A DNA stretch of 64,000 nucleotides, taken from contig RDNZ01000007.1 of the NCBI GenBank assembly GCA_011364905.1, positions 1 to 64,000 on the forward strand, read 5' to 3'. The notes beneath the pieces are model-generated. The model was not told where the DNA came from and did not search any database. It saw only the letters and a list, made by a program, of their open reading frames with translations. Shown here piece after piece: positions 28,132 through 37,735 of this stretch. Position 1 is the first letter of the stretch. Every line of letters starts with the position of its first letter. The position numbers and the translations under genes were made by a program. The stretch is from Candidatus Thorarchaeota archaeon (GTDB lineage: Archaea > Asgardarchaeota > Thorarchaeia > Thorarchaeales > Thorarchaeaceae).

Positions 28132-29292
28132 ATGCTTGCTGAGAGAAATATCGATGTTCCTGCTAGTGAGATTAGAAAGGTCTACAATAATATCATTGGG
28201 AGAACCGACGTTTTCGACATGACTGTTGGGATACCCGATTATGACACTCCTCAGCATATCAAAGATGCAGCAAAGAGAGCCATCGACGAAGGATATACGA
28301 CGTATACTCACAATGCAGGGTATATTGAGGTCAGGGAGGCACTCGCTGAAAAACTCAAGCGGGACAACAATATAACAGCAGACCCAGCTACAGAACTGAT
28401 TTGTACAGCAGGCGGCATGGGAGCTCTTGTTCTCGCAAACCTAGTTATGATTGATCCTGGGGACGAGGTCATCTATCCAGATCCTGGCTTTGTAAGTCAT
28501 TATGCACACATAAAACTCGCTGGTGGCATTCCAGTCCCAGTCCAACTAAAAAAAGAGAATGATTTCGGTATAACTGCAGAAGATGTTGCAAACCTCATAA
28601 CACCAAAAACAAAAATGATTGTGCTAAACTCACCTAACAATCCAACAGGGGGAGTTATACCCAATAAAGAATTGAAGCAAATTGCGGAGCTTTGCATTGA
28701 GAACGACATCTATGTGATTGCTGATGAGGCATATGAAAAATTCAGGTACATAAATGAAGAACCCCAATTTATTGGCTCATTTGAGGGGATGAAAGAACGA
28801 ACAGTCTCTATATTCTCTTTCTCTAAGACCTATGCAATGACCGGGTGGCGGATAGCTGTTGCCACAGGCTCCAGTGAACTAATTGGTGCAATGACTAAAC
28901 TGCAAGAACACATTATTGCAATGCCTACTTCCATTGCGCAAAAGGCTGCAGAGGCGGCAGCAATAGGACCTCAGGACTGTGTCAACGAGATGCTCAATAC
29001 ATTTCGAAAACGAAGGGAGATAATCACAAAGGGACTAAGCGAAATTGAAGGAATTGAGTTGCATCCTCCAGGTGGGGCGTTTTATGTGTTTCCAGATGTA
29101 TCAGCTTATGGAGTCAAATCGTACGATTTGGTATACAAGATTTTGAATGCGACAAATGTAGCGACACTTCATGGTTCAGCCTTTGGAAAATACGGAGAGG
29201 GATTCCTGAGGTTGTGCTATGCTGTTTCAACAGAGAGAATCAATGAAGCTCTGAGCAGACTTGATGCCTATCTGCCAAAACTATTGCACTGA
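28132..29292 (+). CDS. class I/II PLP aminotransferase (AspAT-like)
   Basis: NSPNNPTG, DEAY, SFSKTYAMTGWR, GAFY. Confidence 0.93.
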   Translation: MLAERNIDVPASEIRKVYNNIIGRTDVFDMTVGIPDYDTPQHIKDAAKRAIDEGYTTYTHNAGYIEVREALAEKLKRDNNITADPATELICTAGGMGALVLANLVMIDPGDEVIYPDPGFVSHYAHIKLAGGIPVPVQLKKENDFGITAEDVANLITPKTKMIVLNSPNNPTGGVIPNKELKQIAELCIENDIYVIADEAYEKFRYINEEPQFIGSFEGMKERTVSIFSFSKTYAMTGWRIAVATGSSELIGAMTKLQEHIIAMPTSIAQKAAEAAAIGPQDCVNEMLNTFRKRREIITKGLSEIEGIELHPPGGAFYVFPDVSAYGVKSYDLVYKILNATNVATLHGSAFGKYGEGFLRLCYAVSTERINEALSRLDAYLPKLLH

Positions 29293-29341
29293 TAGTACTA
29301 GATGCGAAAAGTAATGTATGGAAAAAGCTGTGGGATGAGGG

Positions 29342-31654
29342 ATGACATCTCGGAGTAAGCGTCTCAAACAGCAAATGCTCGAGTCAGAACCAACCATTTC
29401 ATCAGAACGAGCGGTTCTATTTACAGAGTATATGAAGGAGCATTGGTCAGATTCAACAATTCTCCGAAATGCTGGTGCTTTTGCTTATGTACTTGATAAC
29501 ATGACTATCCGGATTGAACCAGAGGAACTCATCGTTGGAAACATGGGGCCAACTCCTCGTTCTTGTCAGGTATTTCCAGAGTATAGCTGGAAGTGGATTG
29601 AGGATGAATTAGATCGGTTCGCCAAGAGAAGAACCGAGAAGTTCATGATAAGTGAGGAGGACAAGCAGAACCTCCGCGAAGTCTTCAAGTTCTGGAGGGG
29701 AAAAAGCACAGCAGAACTGGCAGGATTTGCGATGCCAGCAGAATCAATAAAGGCTTCAAAAGCGGGTCTCTTTACGATTGGTGCTCCAGGGACTGGTATT
29801 GGCCATGTCATTGTCGATTACAACGAAGTCTTACACAAAGGGCTCCTTAGGATCCTGAATGAGTTGAACGGGAGAGAGGGAGACTACTTCGAAGCGGTTC
29901 GCATTGAGATTGAAGCGGTAGTGAGATTCTCTGAACGCTTCTACCATCTTGCCGCAGAGATGGCTACGAAAGAGGTTGATAAAGAACGAAAGGCAGAACT
30001 ATTGGAAATCGCACGAATTTGTAAGAAAGTTCCTGCTGAACCCGCTGGAACATTCTACGAGGCACTCCAGTCATTCTGGTTCATCCACTTACTGATACAG
30101 ACTGAATCAAATGGTCATTCAATCTCCACAGGTAGGTTTGACCAGTACATGTTTCCATTCTACGAAACAGACCTCAAGAGCGGCAAACTTGATGAAACAG
30201 GAGCTATTGAACTCCTTGAGGTACTCTGGGTAAAGTTATCATCTCTAATCAAAATAAGAAACGAATACTATAGTGTGGCCTTTGCGGGTCATCCCATGTT
30301 TCAAAACCTCACCATTGGCGGTCAGCATGCGAATGGACAAGATGCAACAAATAGCTTAACGAAAGCAATCCTTCAAGCTACAGCGAACATAAGGGTTACA
30401 CAACCAAGTGTTTCATTTCGATGGCACAAGAAAACTCCTGAAGACATCAAATTGCAGGTTGTCGATGTGATCTCGAAAGGCCTCGGTATGCCAGGTCTCT
30501 TCAACGATAATGCAATAATCCCTATGATGATTGAGAAGGGGACTGATCACTCAGAGGCGCATGATTACTCCATTTTGGGATGCGTTGAGCCAATCATAGG
30601 TGGAAAGTCTGACCCAAGACAGAACATAGGATATGTCAATCTGCCAAAGATTCTCGAAGTGACACTGAACAACGGAAGGGACCCAAAGACAAGTGAATTG
30701 ATTGGCAGGGAAACTGGAGATCCTAGAAGTTTCAAGTCGTTTGATGAATTATGGTTAGCATTTGAAGAACAGACTGACTATACTATTGAGCTGCTGACGC
30801 AGGCAGATAGGGAAGCTGCTAGAGTCCTGGCCAAAAACACGCCGACACCATTTATCTCATCGCTTTTGCAACGATGCAACGAATCGGGCAAGACATTACA
30901 AGAAGGAGGAGCAATCTATAGCTCTGGTGGAATCATGGGTGTTGGAGTGGCAATTGTGGCTGACTCACTCGAGGCTCTCAGGAAATACGTATTCGAAAAC
31001 CGAGAAGTCGCGATGGATGAGATGCTTCAAGTCCTTGCTAAGAACTATGAAGGCTATGAGGAACTCAGAGTCAGGTTAGAGAATGACTCCGAAAAGTATG
31101 GTAATGACATTGAACGAGTAGATCTTCTTGCTAGGAACACTGGCAGGATATTTTGTAATTCAGTTCAGAATCGAATGACGACGAGAAACACTCCTTATCA
31201 TGCTGCTTTGTTCTCAGTGTCTATGTATATTCCGCAGGGGGAGGTACTTGGAGCCACACCAGATGGAAGAAAGGCGGGGTATATGATATCTGATGGTGTT
31301 TCACCCACTCAAAACAGAGATGTCAATGGACCTACTGCAGCCATGAAATCTGTGGCCAGGTTAGATCACTCTCTGTGTTACAATGGCACGCTCTACAATA
31401 TGAAGTTCACACCGGATTTCTTTGAGAATGAGTCAAAGAGAAAGAAGTTCATTGGCATGGTTGATGCGTACTTCGCAATGGGCGGATTTCATGTCCAGTT
31501 CAATGTGGTTTCACGAGAAATCCTTGAAGATGCGAAAGTAAATCCGCTGCAGCATAGAGACCTAATAGTAAGAGTTGCTGGATATAGTGCTTATTTCATC
31601 GAATTGGACCCGTTCGTTCAGGATGAGGTCATTGCTCGAACGGAATTCTCCTAA
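29342..31654 (+). CDS. glycyl radical enzyme, PFL2/diol-dehydratase-like
   Basis: single-Cys loop LGCVEP, Gly loop VRVAGYSAYF, ESNGHS, RFDQY, QNLTIGG. Confidence 0.92.
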   Translation: MTSRSKRLKQQMLESEPTISSERAVLFTEYMKEHWSDSTILRNAGAFAYVLDNMTIRIEPEELIVGNMGPTPRSCQVFPEYSWKWIEDELDRFAKRRTEKFMISEEDKQNLREVFKFWRGKSTAELAGFAMPAESIKASKAGLFTIGAPGTGIGHVIVDYNEVLHKGLLRILNELNGREGDYFEAVRIEIEAVVRFSERFYHLAAEMATKEVDKERKAELLEIARICKKVPAEPAGTFYEALQSFWFIHLLIQTESNGHSISTGRFDQYMFPFYETDLKSGKLDETGAIELLEVLWVKLSSLIKIRNEYYSVAFAGHPMFQNLTIGGQHANGQDATNSLTKAILQATANIRVTQPSVSFRWHKKTPEDIKLQVVDVISKGLGMPGLFNDNAIIPMMIEKGTDHSEAHDYSILGCVEPIIGGKSDPRQNIGYVNLPKILEVTLNNGRDPKTSELIGRETGDPRSFKSFDELWLAFEEQTDYTIELLTQADREAARVLAKNTPTPFISSLLQRCNESGKTLQEGGAIYSSGGIMGVGVAIVADSLEALRKYVFENREVAMDEMLQVLAKNYEGYEELRVRLENDSEKYGNDIERVDLLARNTGRIFCNSVQNRMTTRNTPYHAALFSVSMYIPQGEVLGATPDGRKAGYMISDGVSPTQNRDVNGPTAAMKSVARLDHSLCYNGTLYNMKFTPDFFENESKRKKFIGMVDAYFAMGGFHVQFNVVSREILEDAKVNPLQHRDLIVRVAGYSAYFIELDPFVQDEVIARTEFS

Positions 31655-31721
31655 ATAAGCAGCACCAACGGCAGATTTAACATTTCCAAAAGAATCTGAG
31701 CACCCGTCAAACTACTTTGAG

Positions 31722-32726
31722 TTGTCAAAAATGAGTTATGATGTGGTTACCTTTGGTGAAGTAATGCTAAGGCTCTCTCCTCCCAACTTCAAGAGATTCG
31801 AGCAAACTGAGAGCTTCGATGCGCATGCTGGAGGAGCAGAGATGAATGTCGCAGTGGCGTGCACTCGGTTAGGATTGACGTCTGCCTATATCACAAAACT
31901 AGGTGACAATTCTATTGGACATTTCATCCGGAACAAAGCGAGAGAACATGGAGTGGACACTTCACATATACTCTGGGACCCTGATAGTCGGTGCGGCGTC
32001 TATTTTGTGGAGTTTGGAGCAGCTCCCCGAACCAACCGTGTGATCTATGACCGAAAAGATTCTGCAATAAGCAAGATTAAACCGGGGGAAGTTGATTGGA
32101 AGAAGATTCTGAAAGGGACCAAGCTTTTTCATACAAGTGGAATCACCCCTGCTTTAAGCGCAAGCTGTGCAGCAGCAACAGAAGAGGCTCTTAAGATCGC
32201 TAAAGAGCAAGGAGCCAAAGTCTCATACGATGTGAACTACAGAGGAAAACTGTGGACACCAAAAGATGCTCAAAAGTTCACCGAACCAGCATCAGAGTTC
32301 ATTGACATTCTAATAACAACAGAGGAGGACACAAAGGTTGTCTATGGCATTGAAGGAAAGGACTACGAGGAAGTTGCGGCCAAACTCACTGATAAGTTTG
32401 GATTCGAGATTGTAGTCATCACACTCCGAGAGACCCCATCAGTTTGGTTCAATAAGTGGTCAGTCTTTGCTTATTCAAATGGGAAGGTCTATAGAAGTCC
32501 GGTTTATGACGTGGAGATAGTTGATCGGCTTGGTGGGGGAGATTCTTGTAGCGCTGGATTCATCTATGGCTACCTTGAGCTAAAAAACCTACAGAAAGCA
32601 GTCGACTTTGGCTCAGCATTCTCTGCGCTAAAGCACTCAGTTCCTGGAGACCTTGCATTTGTAAACAAATCAGAGGTTGAAGAACTGACAAAGGGACGCC
32701 AACGCGGATTCCGTATTGAAAGGTGA
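31722..32726 (+). CDS. kdgK: 2-keto-3-deoxygluconate kinase (PfkB family)
   Basis: FGEVMLRL, GGAEMNVA, VIYDR, DVNYR.KLW, DRLGGGD. Confidence 0.85.
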   Translation: MSKMSYDVVTFGEVMLRLSPPNFKRFEQTESFDAHAGGAEMNVAVACTRLGLTSAYITKLGDNSIGHFIRNKAREHGVDTSHILWDPDSRCGVYFVEFGAAPRTNRVIYDRKDSAISKIKPGEVDWKKILKGTKLFHTSGITPALSASCAAATEEALKIAKEQGAKVSYDVNYRGKLWTPKDAQKFTEPASEFIDILITTEEDTKVVYGIEGKDYEEVAAKLTDKFGFEIVVITLRETPSVWFNKWSVFAYSNGKVYRSPVYDVEIVDRLGGGDSCSAGFIYGYLELKNLQKAVDFGSAFSALKHSVPGDLAFVNKSEVEELTKGRQRGFRIER

Positions 32727-33382
32727 AAGGCATGTGGACAAAGGAAAAAGCAATGAAATTAATCTATGACACAGCTCTGATTCCAATTATTCGTGTTGAG
32801 TCGGCGGATATTGCTTTCAAAGTGGCGGATGCATTTTTGCAGGGAGGCGTTCCCATCATAGAAGTGACCATGAGCGTTCCAGGCGCTGTCGAGGTTGTGC
32901 AACAACTTGTAGAGAAGTTTGGTAATAAGGTCCTGATAGGTTCAGGGACTGTTGTTAGCGGGAAAATGGCTGAGGAAGTCATCAAAGCTGGAAGTGAGTT
33001 CATTGTGAGCCCTAATTATTCTCGTGATTTGATTGAGACTGCAATGAAACATGACAAGCCAATTATACCAGGAGCCCTCACGCCCACTGAGATCTATGAT
33101 GCATACACAATGGGGGCAGATGCGGTCAAAGTATTCCCGTGTGGTATGGTGGGGGGTGCGGATTATCTGAAAGCCATAAGAGGGCCACTGCCCCACATCC
33201 CGCTCGTCCCAACTGGTGGCGTAGAACTAGAAACTGCAGGGTCCATGCTTGAGGCAGGAGCATATGCGCTTGGTGTTGGTGGAGCAATCACTGACAAAAA
33301 AGCCATCAAGGAAGGCCGGTATGAAGTAATTACTGAGAATGTTAGTAAATTTCTTGAGATTGTAAAGGACTACAGGAGGTAA
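32723..33382 (+). CDS. eda: KDPG/KHG aldolase
   Basis: IEVT, GSGTV, FIVSP, PGALTPTE, VKVFP, PTGGV. Confidence 0.9.
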   Translation: MKGMWTKEKAMKLIYDTALIPIIRVESADIAFKVADAFLQGGVPIIEVTMSVPGAVEVVQQLVEKFGNKVLIGSGTVVSGKMAEEVIKAGSEFIVSPNYSRDLIETAMKHDKPIIPGALTPTEIYDAYTMGADAVKVFPCGMVGGADYLKAIRGPLPHIPLVPTGGVELETAGSMLEAGAYALGVGGAITDKKAIKEGRYEVITENVSKFLEIVKDYRR

Positions 33383-33429
33383 AATGCCGATTTAGGAAAT
33401 CGAAAAGGTAGAAGGGAGAACAGATCAAG

Positions 33430-33702
33430 ATGATTGAGGGATATTATAAAGAAAGACTGACTAAAGTGATTCAAAAGAAAACGTTTGGTCAGCTTGAGAG
33501 GTTTGCGCTAGACAGTGCTGGAAACACAAAGGTATACAAGCTAAGAGAAGTATTGCAGACATTTGATCCGGTTCATCTAACCATGTACATGGTAGGTGTT
33601 TGTGGAAGAAAGATTAAGGTGAAACTCAATACTTTCGATTTCCCTGATGGCGAACGTAGGGTAGGAATTGAGTTCATTGAGGTTCTTAAATGGGATGAAT
33701 AG
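33430..33702 (+). CDS. hypothetical protein
   Basis: 90-aa ORF co-oriented after eda. Confidence 0.6.
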   Translation: MIEGYYKERLTKVIQKKTFGQLERFALDSAGNTKVYKLREVLQTFDPVHLTMYMVGVCGRKIKVKLNTFDFPDGERRVGIEFIEVLKWDE

Positions 33703-33826
33703 AGAATCCTCAGAACAGTAGCAGAGCAGCAAGATATACAGCCAGAACGATCAATCAATATGAACCTTTAAGAGATATAACTAAATCCAGCGCTAAATCT
33801 GTACATTCTCATAGGAGCACTTAGAG

Positions 33827-34153
33827 ATGACTCAGGACCTACTAGAACTTATGCAAGAACGAATCACAATCGGATTAGAAAGAGAGAAGACCCATGAAGC
33901 GATACAAGGGTGGGAACGCACAGTCCAACTTACACTGAAGGAAGGACCACAGTACCACTTCATTGTCAAAGACAACAATATCACAGTTCACGAGGGACCT
34001 ATCGATGATCCAGATATGAGGATCCAGAGTGATGAGGACACGATTCGGAAACTGTTTCTTGAAGAGATGAGCGCAAGCTCAGCCATCTTTAAACGCAAGT
34101 TGAAAGTGAAAGGATCGACTTCTGATCTCATGAAGATAAGACACATTTTCTAG
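33827..34153 (+). CDS. SCP2 sterol/lipid-binding domain protein
   Basis: PD..I......L......A...KLKVKG pattern. Confidence 0.85.
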   Translation: MTQDLLELMQERITIGLEREKTHEAIQGWERTVQLTLKEGPQYHFIVKDNNITVHEGPIDDPDMRIQSDEDTIRKLFLEEMSASSAIFKRKLKVKGSTSDLMKIRHIF

Positions 34154-34171
34154 GTCATAGGGGGAAAGCGA

Positions 34172-35584
34172 GTGGCAATTGACAAGAAGATTGCAAAGGA
34201 ATTTGAAAATGCAGTCGGGGCCGAATATGTATCAACAAGACCTGATGTTCTACTAACATATTCACAGACTGCGTCCATGGCAGTCGAGCCTGTTATTCCA
34301 TCTGCGGTTATTCGTCCAGCAAATGCGAAAGAGGTATCTCAGATACTAAAGTTGGCAAACAAGCATAGGATACCTGTGACTCCTCGGTCGGGAGGATCTA
34401 GTCTTCAAGGAGAAGCCATCCCAAAACCGGGAGGAATTGTTGTCGACCTTTTGAGACTGGGTGGCATCACTCTTTACGAAAATCTCCGTTCCGTAACAGT
34501 TGGAGCAGGGGTCACTTATGGAGAACTAGACAAATTTCTAGCTAAGCATGGTCTCTTCCTCCCAGTTTATCCAGAGTCTTCTTTGGTCTGTACTGTTGCG
34601 GGTAATGTGGCCGTGAATGGAGCGGGTGTTGGTTCTAGTCTATATGGGTGCACTGGCGAGATGGTTCTCGGACTAGAAGTAGTTCTCCCTGATGGCACTA
34701 TCATACAGACCGGTTCGGAAGCAAATCCAAATTCGCCAGGGCCATTCATCCGATATGCCTTTGGTCCAGATCTGACAGGTTTGTTCATTGGCTCACTTGG
34801 TAGTTTTGGAATTATTACAAAGGTATCAGTGAAGACATTCAAACGGATGAAGTACTTTGACTATAACATGTACGGATTTGATACTGTTGAACTTGCGGAG
34901 CAGTTCCTCATTGAAATTAAACAGAACGACATCAACGGTCTCTTCACCTCTATCTACTCAGGAGAAGTCCTTGACTTATTCATGGACATGCTCTCGGAGG
35001 AACTTGGGTTCCCACCATTTGAGCATGCAGAGCGCACTGTATCAATGACAATAGGTCGCGTACGTGAAGACATGCTAGAGAGTGACGCTAAACTTGCACG
35101 CGAGATATGTGAGAGATTGGGAGGGAGAGTACTGAATGTCCGAGAAATGCCACAGCAAGAATGGGAGGGGCGCTTTTGGAACTTCGTTCGAGCCTCGTAC
35201 ATACACGGATGGCATTGGAGGACACTTTACCATCATCAGACTCCAACGAACTCGCACAAATCAGTAGACATCATAATGGATGCAATGGACAAATACAGGT
35301 TTCTTGGTCATACAGCTGGCTTTCAATCAGGACATAGCAGTATGAACCTCTATCCTCACCTCTACTTCGACCCGCAAGACAAAGATGAAGAAGAAAAGGT
35401 TGTAAAGGCCCACCAAGAAATAGCGAAAGCCTTGTTCAAATCGGGAGCAGTTCCCTTCAAGCTTGCTGAGTTTTGGAAGGATGCGATTGAGGACATGGAT
35501 GAGTACATGGACTTTCTCAAACATATAAAGAACTCAATTGACCCGAACAACATAATGAATCCGGGAGTGCTTGGAGGGATCTAA
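34172..35584 (+). CDS. FAD-binding oxidoreductase (GlcD family)
   Basis: PRSGGSSL, TVAGN, GPDLTGLFIGSLGSFG, IDPNNIMNPG. Confidence 0.9.
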   Translation: MAIDKKIAKEFENAVGAEYVSTRPDVLLTYSQTASMAVEPVIPSAVIRPANAKEVSQILKLANKHRIPVTPRSGGSSLQGEAIPKPGGIVVDLLRLGGITLYENLRSVTVGAGVTYGELDKFLAKHGLFLPVYPESSLVCTVAGNVAVNGAGVGSSLYGCTGEMVLGLEVVLPDGTIIQTGSEANPNSPGPFIRYAFGPDLTGLFIGSLGSFGIITKVSVKTFKRMKYFDYNMYGFDTVELAEQFLIEIKQNDINGLFTSIYSGEVLDLFMDMLSEELGFPPFEHAERTVSMTIGRVREDMLESDAKLAREICERLGGRVLNVREMPQQEWEGRFWNFVRASYIHGWHWRTLYHHQTPTNSHKSVDIIMDAMDKYRFLGHTAGFQSGHSSMNLYPHLYFDPQDKDEEEKVVKAHQEIAKALFKSGAVPFKLAEFWKDAIEDMDEYMDFLKHIKNSIDPNNIMNPGVLGGI

Positions 35585-35587
35585 TCA

Positions 35588-36748
35588 ATGGCAGAGATAG
35601 ATCTTGACGAACTCATAGAGAACTTACTTCAATGTCGTAGGTGCGGCATCTGCCGCAATGCGGTCTATGAGGAAAGAGGATTTGATGGAGTTTGTCCGGT
35701 CTGGAAGAACTCCCCTGGGTTTGAAACCAGTTTTATGCGTGGCCGGATTCAGGTTGCTTTAGCACTCTTGGAAGGAGTTCTTGAAAAGACTCCAGAGAAT
35801 TCTGAAGCGCTTTTTTCATGTACCCTCTGTGGAAACTGCACCGAAATCTGTGCCGCAGAGTTCAATCCTGCGGATTGCCTTGAGGAAGTCAGAGCAGTCC
35901 TGAATGATATTCCTAATGATGTTCGTGATGCAATAGCAGAGAAGATAATCCAGTTTGATAACCCCTATGAGAAAAACAGGAGTCTTAAACGCGAGTGGAT
36001 TAAGGAGGTAGGTTTTGAGATTCCAACCTCTGGTGAAGTCCTCTACTTCACTGGATGTACTGCAGGGATGAAGCTTCCAACTGTCGTCATATCGGCAGCA
36101 AGAATACTCAAAGCCGCAAATATTGAGTTCGCGGTCCTTGAAGAGGAACCATGCTGCGGTAGCGTCATGTTGCGAACAGGAAAAACAGATGAGGCCCGTC
36201 TTAATGCACAGAGGGTAGTAAGCGCAATTCAAAAGTCTGGAGCGAAAAAAGTCATTGTTACTTGCGCAGGATGTTTAAAGACCCTTCGAGAGGATTTTCC
36301 GAAGTTGGGACTCGAGATTCCCGAAGTCCTGCACATAACCGAGATCTTACAGGAAACTGCGGCGTGTAAGAAGCTGAAGCTCAAACCGGTGACAAAAAGA
36401 CTCAAGGTGACATATCACGATCCCTGTCACCTATCTAGAGCTATGGGAGTTTATGATGCGCCAAGAGAAGTAATCATGTCAATACCCAACATTGAGTTTG
36501 TCGAAATGGAAACAAGTAGAGAAACTGCAATGTGCTGCGGAGCTGGAGGGGGTCTTCGTTCATATGATCCTGAGCTTGCAAAGAAGATTGCCGCAGACAG
36601 AGTGATGAGTGCTCATGAAGTTGGGGCGGAGATAATAGCTACTGCGTGTCCGTTCTGCGAGAGCAATCTAAGGTTGGGAGCTGAGCAAATAAACAGCTCA
36701 ATTCGGGTTGCAGATATTGTGGACTTAATAGCTGAGCGCCTGATGTAA
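35588..36748 (+). CDS. Fe-S/CCG-domain oxidoreductase subunit (GlcF/HdrD-like)
   Basis: CRRCGIC, CTLCGNC, CCG, YHDPCHL, CCGAGGG, ACPFC. Confidence 0.9.
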   Translation: MAEIDLDELIENLLQCRRCGICRNAVYEERGFDGVCPVWKNSPGFETSFMRGRIQVALALLEGVLEKTPENSEALFSCTLCGNCTEICAAEFNPADCLEEVRAVLNDIPNDVRDAIAEKIIQFDNPYEKNRSLKREWIKEVGFEIPTSGEVLYFTGCTAGMKLPTVVISAARILKAANIEFAVLEEEPCCGSVMLRTGKTDEARLNAQRVVSAIQKSGAKKVIVTCAGCLKTLREDFPKLGLEIPEVLHITEILQETAACKKLKLKPVTKRLKVTYHDPCHLSRAMGVYDAPREVIMSIPNIEFVEMETSRETAMCCGAGGGLRSYDPELAKKIAADRVMSAHEVGAEIIATACPFCESNLRLGAEQINSSIRVADIVDLIAERLM

Positions 36749-36760
36749 AAAACAACAAAG

Positions 36761-36788
36761 GGCAGGCATCACCTTAGTAACGCCTGCC
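36761..36788 (-). terminator. hairpin plus U-tract after ssb
   Basis: GGCAGGC/GCCTGCC stem; minus strand continues CTTTGTTGTTTTTT. Confidence 0.5.
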
Positions 36789-36813
36789 GCATCAATAGTA
36801 GTGCGAATCTGTT

Positions 36814-37311
36814 TCAATAGCCTCTGCTTCGGTCGCGATATCCACCGCCACCGCGACGATCTCGGTCCCCATATCCACGGCCTCGGCCATATCCCCGACC
36901 GCCACCGCCACCGCCACCGCCATAGCGTGGACGTTGTTCGTGCTCTTCCGCACTCATGTCAACTTCATTGTTGACCTCTTCGATGGCTTCCTCAGCGTCC
37001 TTGAGGGTACCGTAACGTCCGATGTTGAGTCTAAGATGACCCTGAAAGAGAGTCGTGTATCCATTCTCGAGCCGGTAGGTCTTCTCATCTTCTATCTCAT
37101 CGATTGAAGCATCCCATAATGGAACTGTCACAAGACCAGTACTGTCTCCAACAACCGTATCGCAGACACGGTGGTTTTCTCCATCAGCCCTGGATGTCAC
37201 TTCCCTGACTTCTCCTTTCTCAATCACCTTGAATGAGATATTCACACTCTTCATTCTTGGTTTAAGTTCTGAAATTTGAGCCTCAATTGGCTCTCTCTCT
37301 TGATATCCCAT
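36814..37311 (-). CDS. ssb: single-stranded DNA-binding protein (single OB fold, crenarchaeal type) with Gly/Arg tail
   Basis: ISELKP, VGDSTG, LWD, NGY, LNIGRYG; RGG-rich C-terminus. Confidence 0.88.
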   Translation of the reverse strand: MGYQEREPIEAQISELKPRMKSVNISFKVIEKGEVREVTSRADGENHRVCDTVVGDSTGLVTVPLWDASIDEIEDEKTYRLENGYTTLFQGHLRLNIGRYGTLKDAEEAIEEVNNEVDMSAEEHEQRPRYGGGGGGGGRGYGRGRGYGDRDRRGGGGYRDRSRGY

Positions 37312-37488
37312 GGTCTATCACCTTGGATTTGCAGGCTTTCAAAAGTAGAATCTTCCTCAGGGATCGCAAAGCTGTGCCTGGAACTCTGGAGCTTGTGATT
37401 CAACTAATCTTTGAGGGCACTGCTACTCTATCGGGATATCTAATTCCCTTTAAACTCTTGTCTAATATCTGGAAAGTCCAAAATGAGG

Positions 37489-37735
37489 TGGACGATTGTA
37501 GACACCCAGACTTGGTGCCCGATTTTGCGGGCTCGAGGTCCACCCTCTTTTGTTATTTTGAACATGAGTGGCGCTCCAATGCACACATTGTCAAGACACC
37601 TCTCTGAACCCTCGGGGGTGAGAGCACGAATTTCCCTGCAGATGGATAATTCGTATACGCCTACGCAATGCGGTCGCATCGTTTCCACGACTATCGACGA
37701 TGCGTGGAGCAATGGGGCATCCGACCAATCGTCCA
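37489..37735 (-). ncRNA. putative large structured non-coding RNA, family unrecognised
   Basis: 10-bp closing helix TGGACGATTG/CAATCGTCCA plus at least 7 nested helices; mismatches become G-U only on the minus strand; TTATAAG box ~37817-37823 upstream. Confidence 0.6.

Noticed and set aside
29342-31654. Pyruvate formate-lyase
   Set aside because: Single Cys (GCVE) rather than the adjacent CC pair of PFL
37470-37480. GGAAAGTCC resembling RNase P RNA conserved region I
   Set aside because: It is on the plus strand, whereas G-U pairs favour minus; it lacks the GAG prefix and I found no matching 3' P4 partner
37489-37735. MITE interpretation of the terminal inverted repeat
   Set aside because: No target-site duplication, no second copy in the window, and strand-specific G-U pairing; not fully excluded
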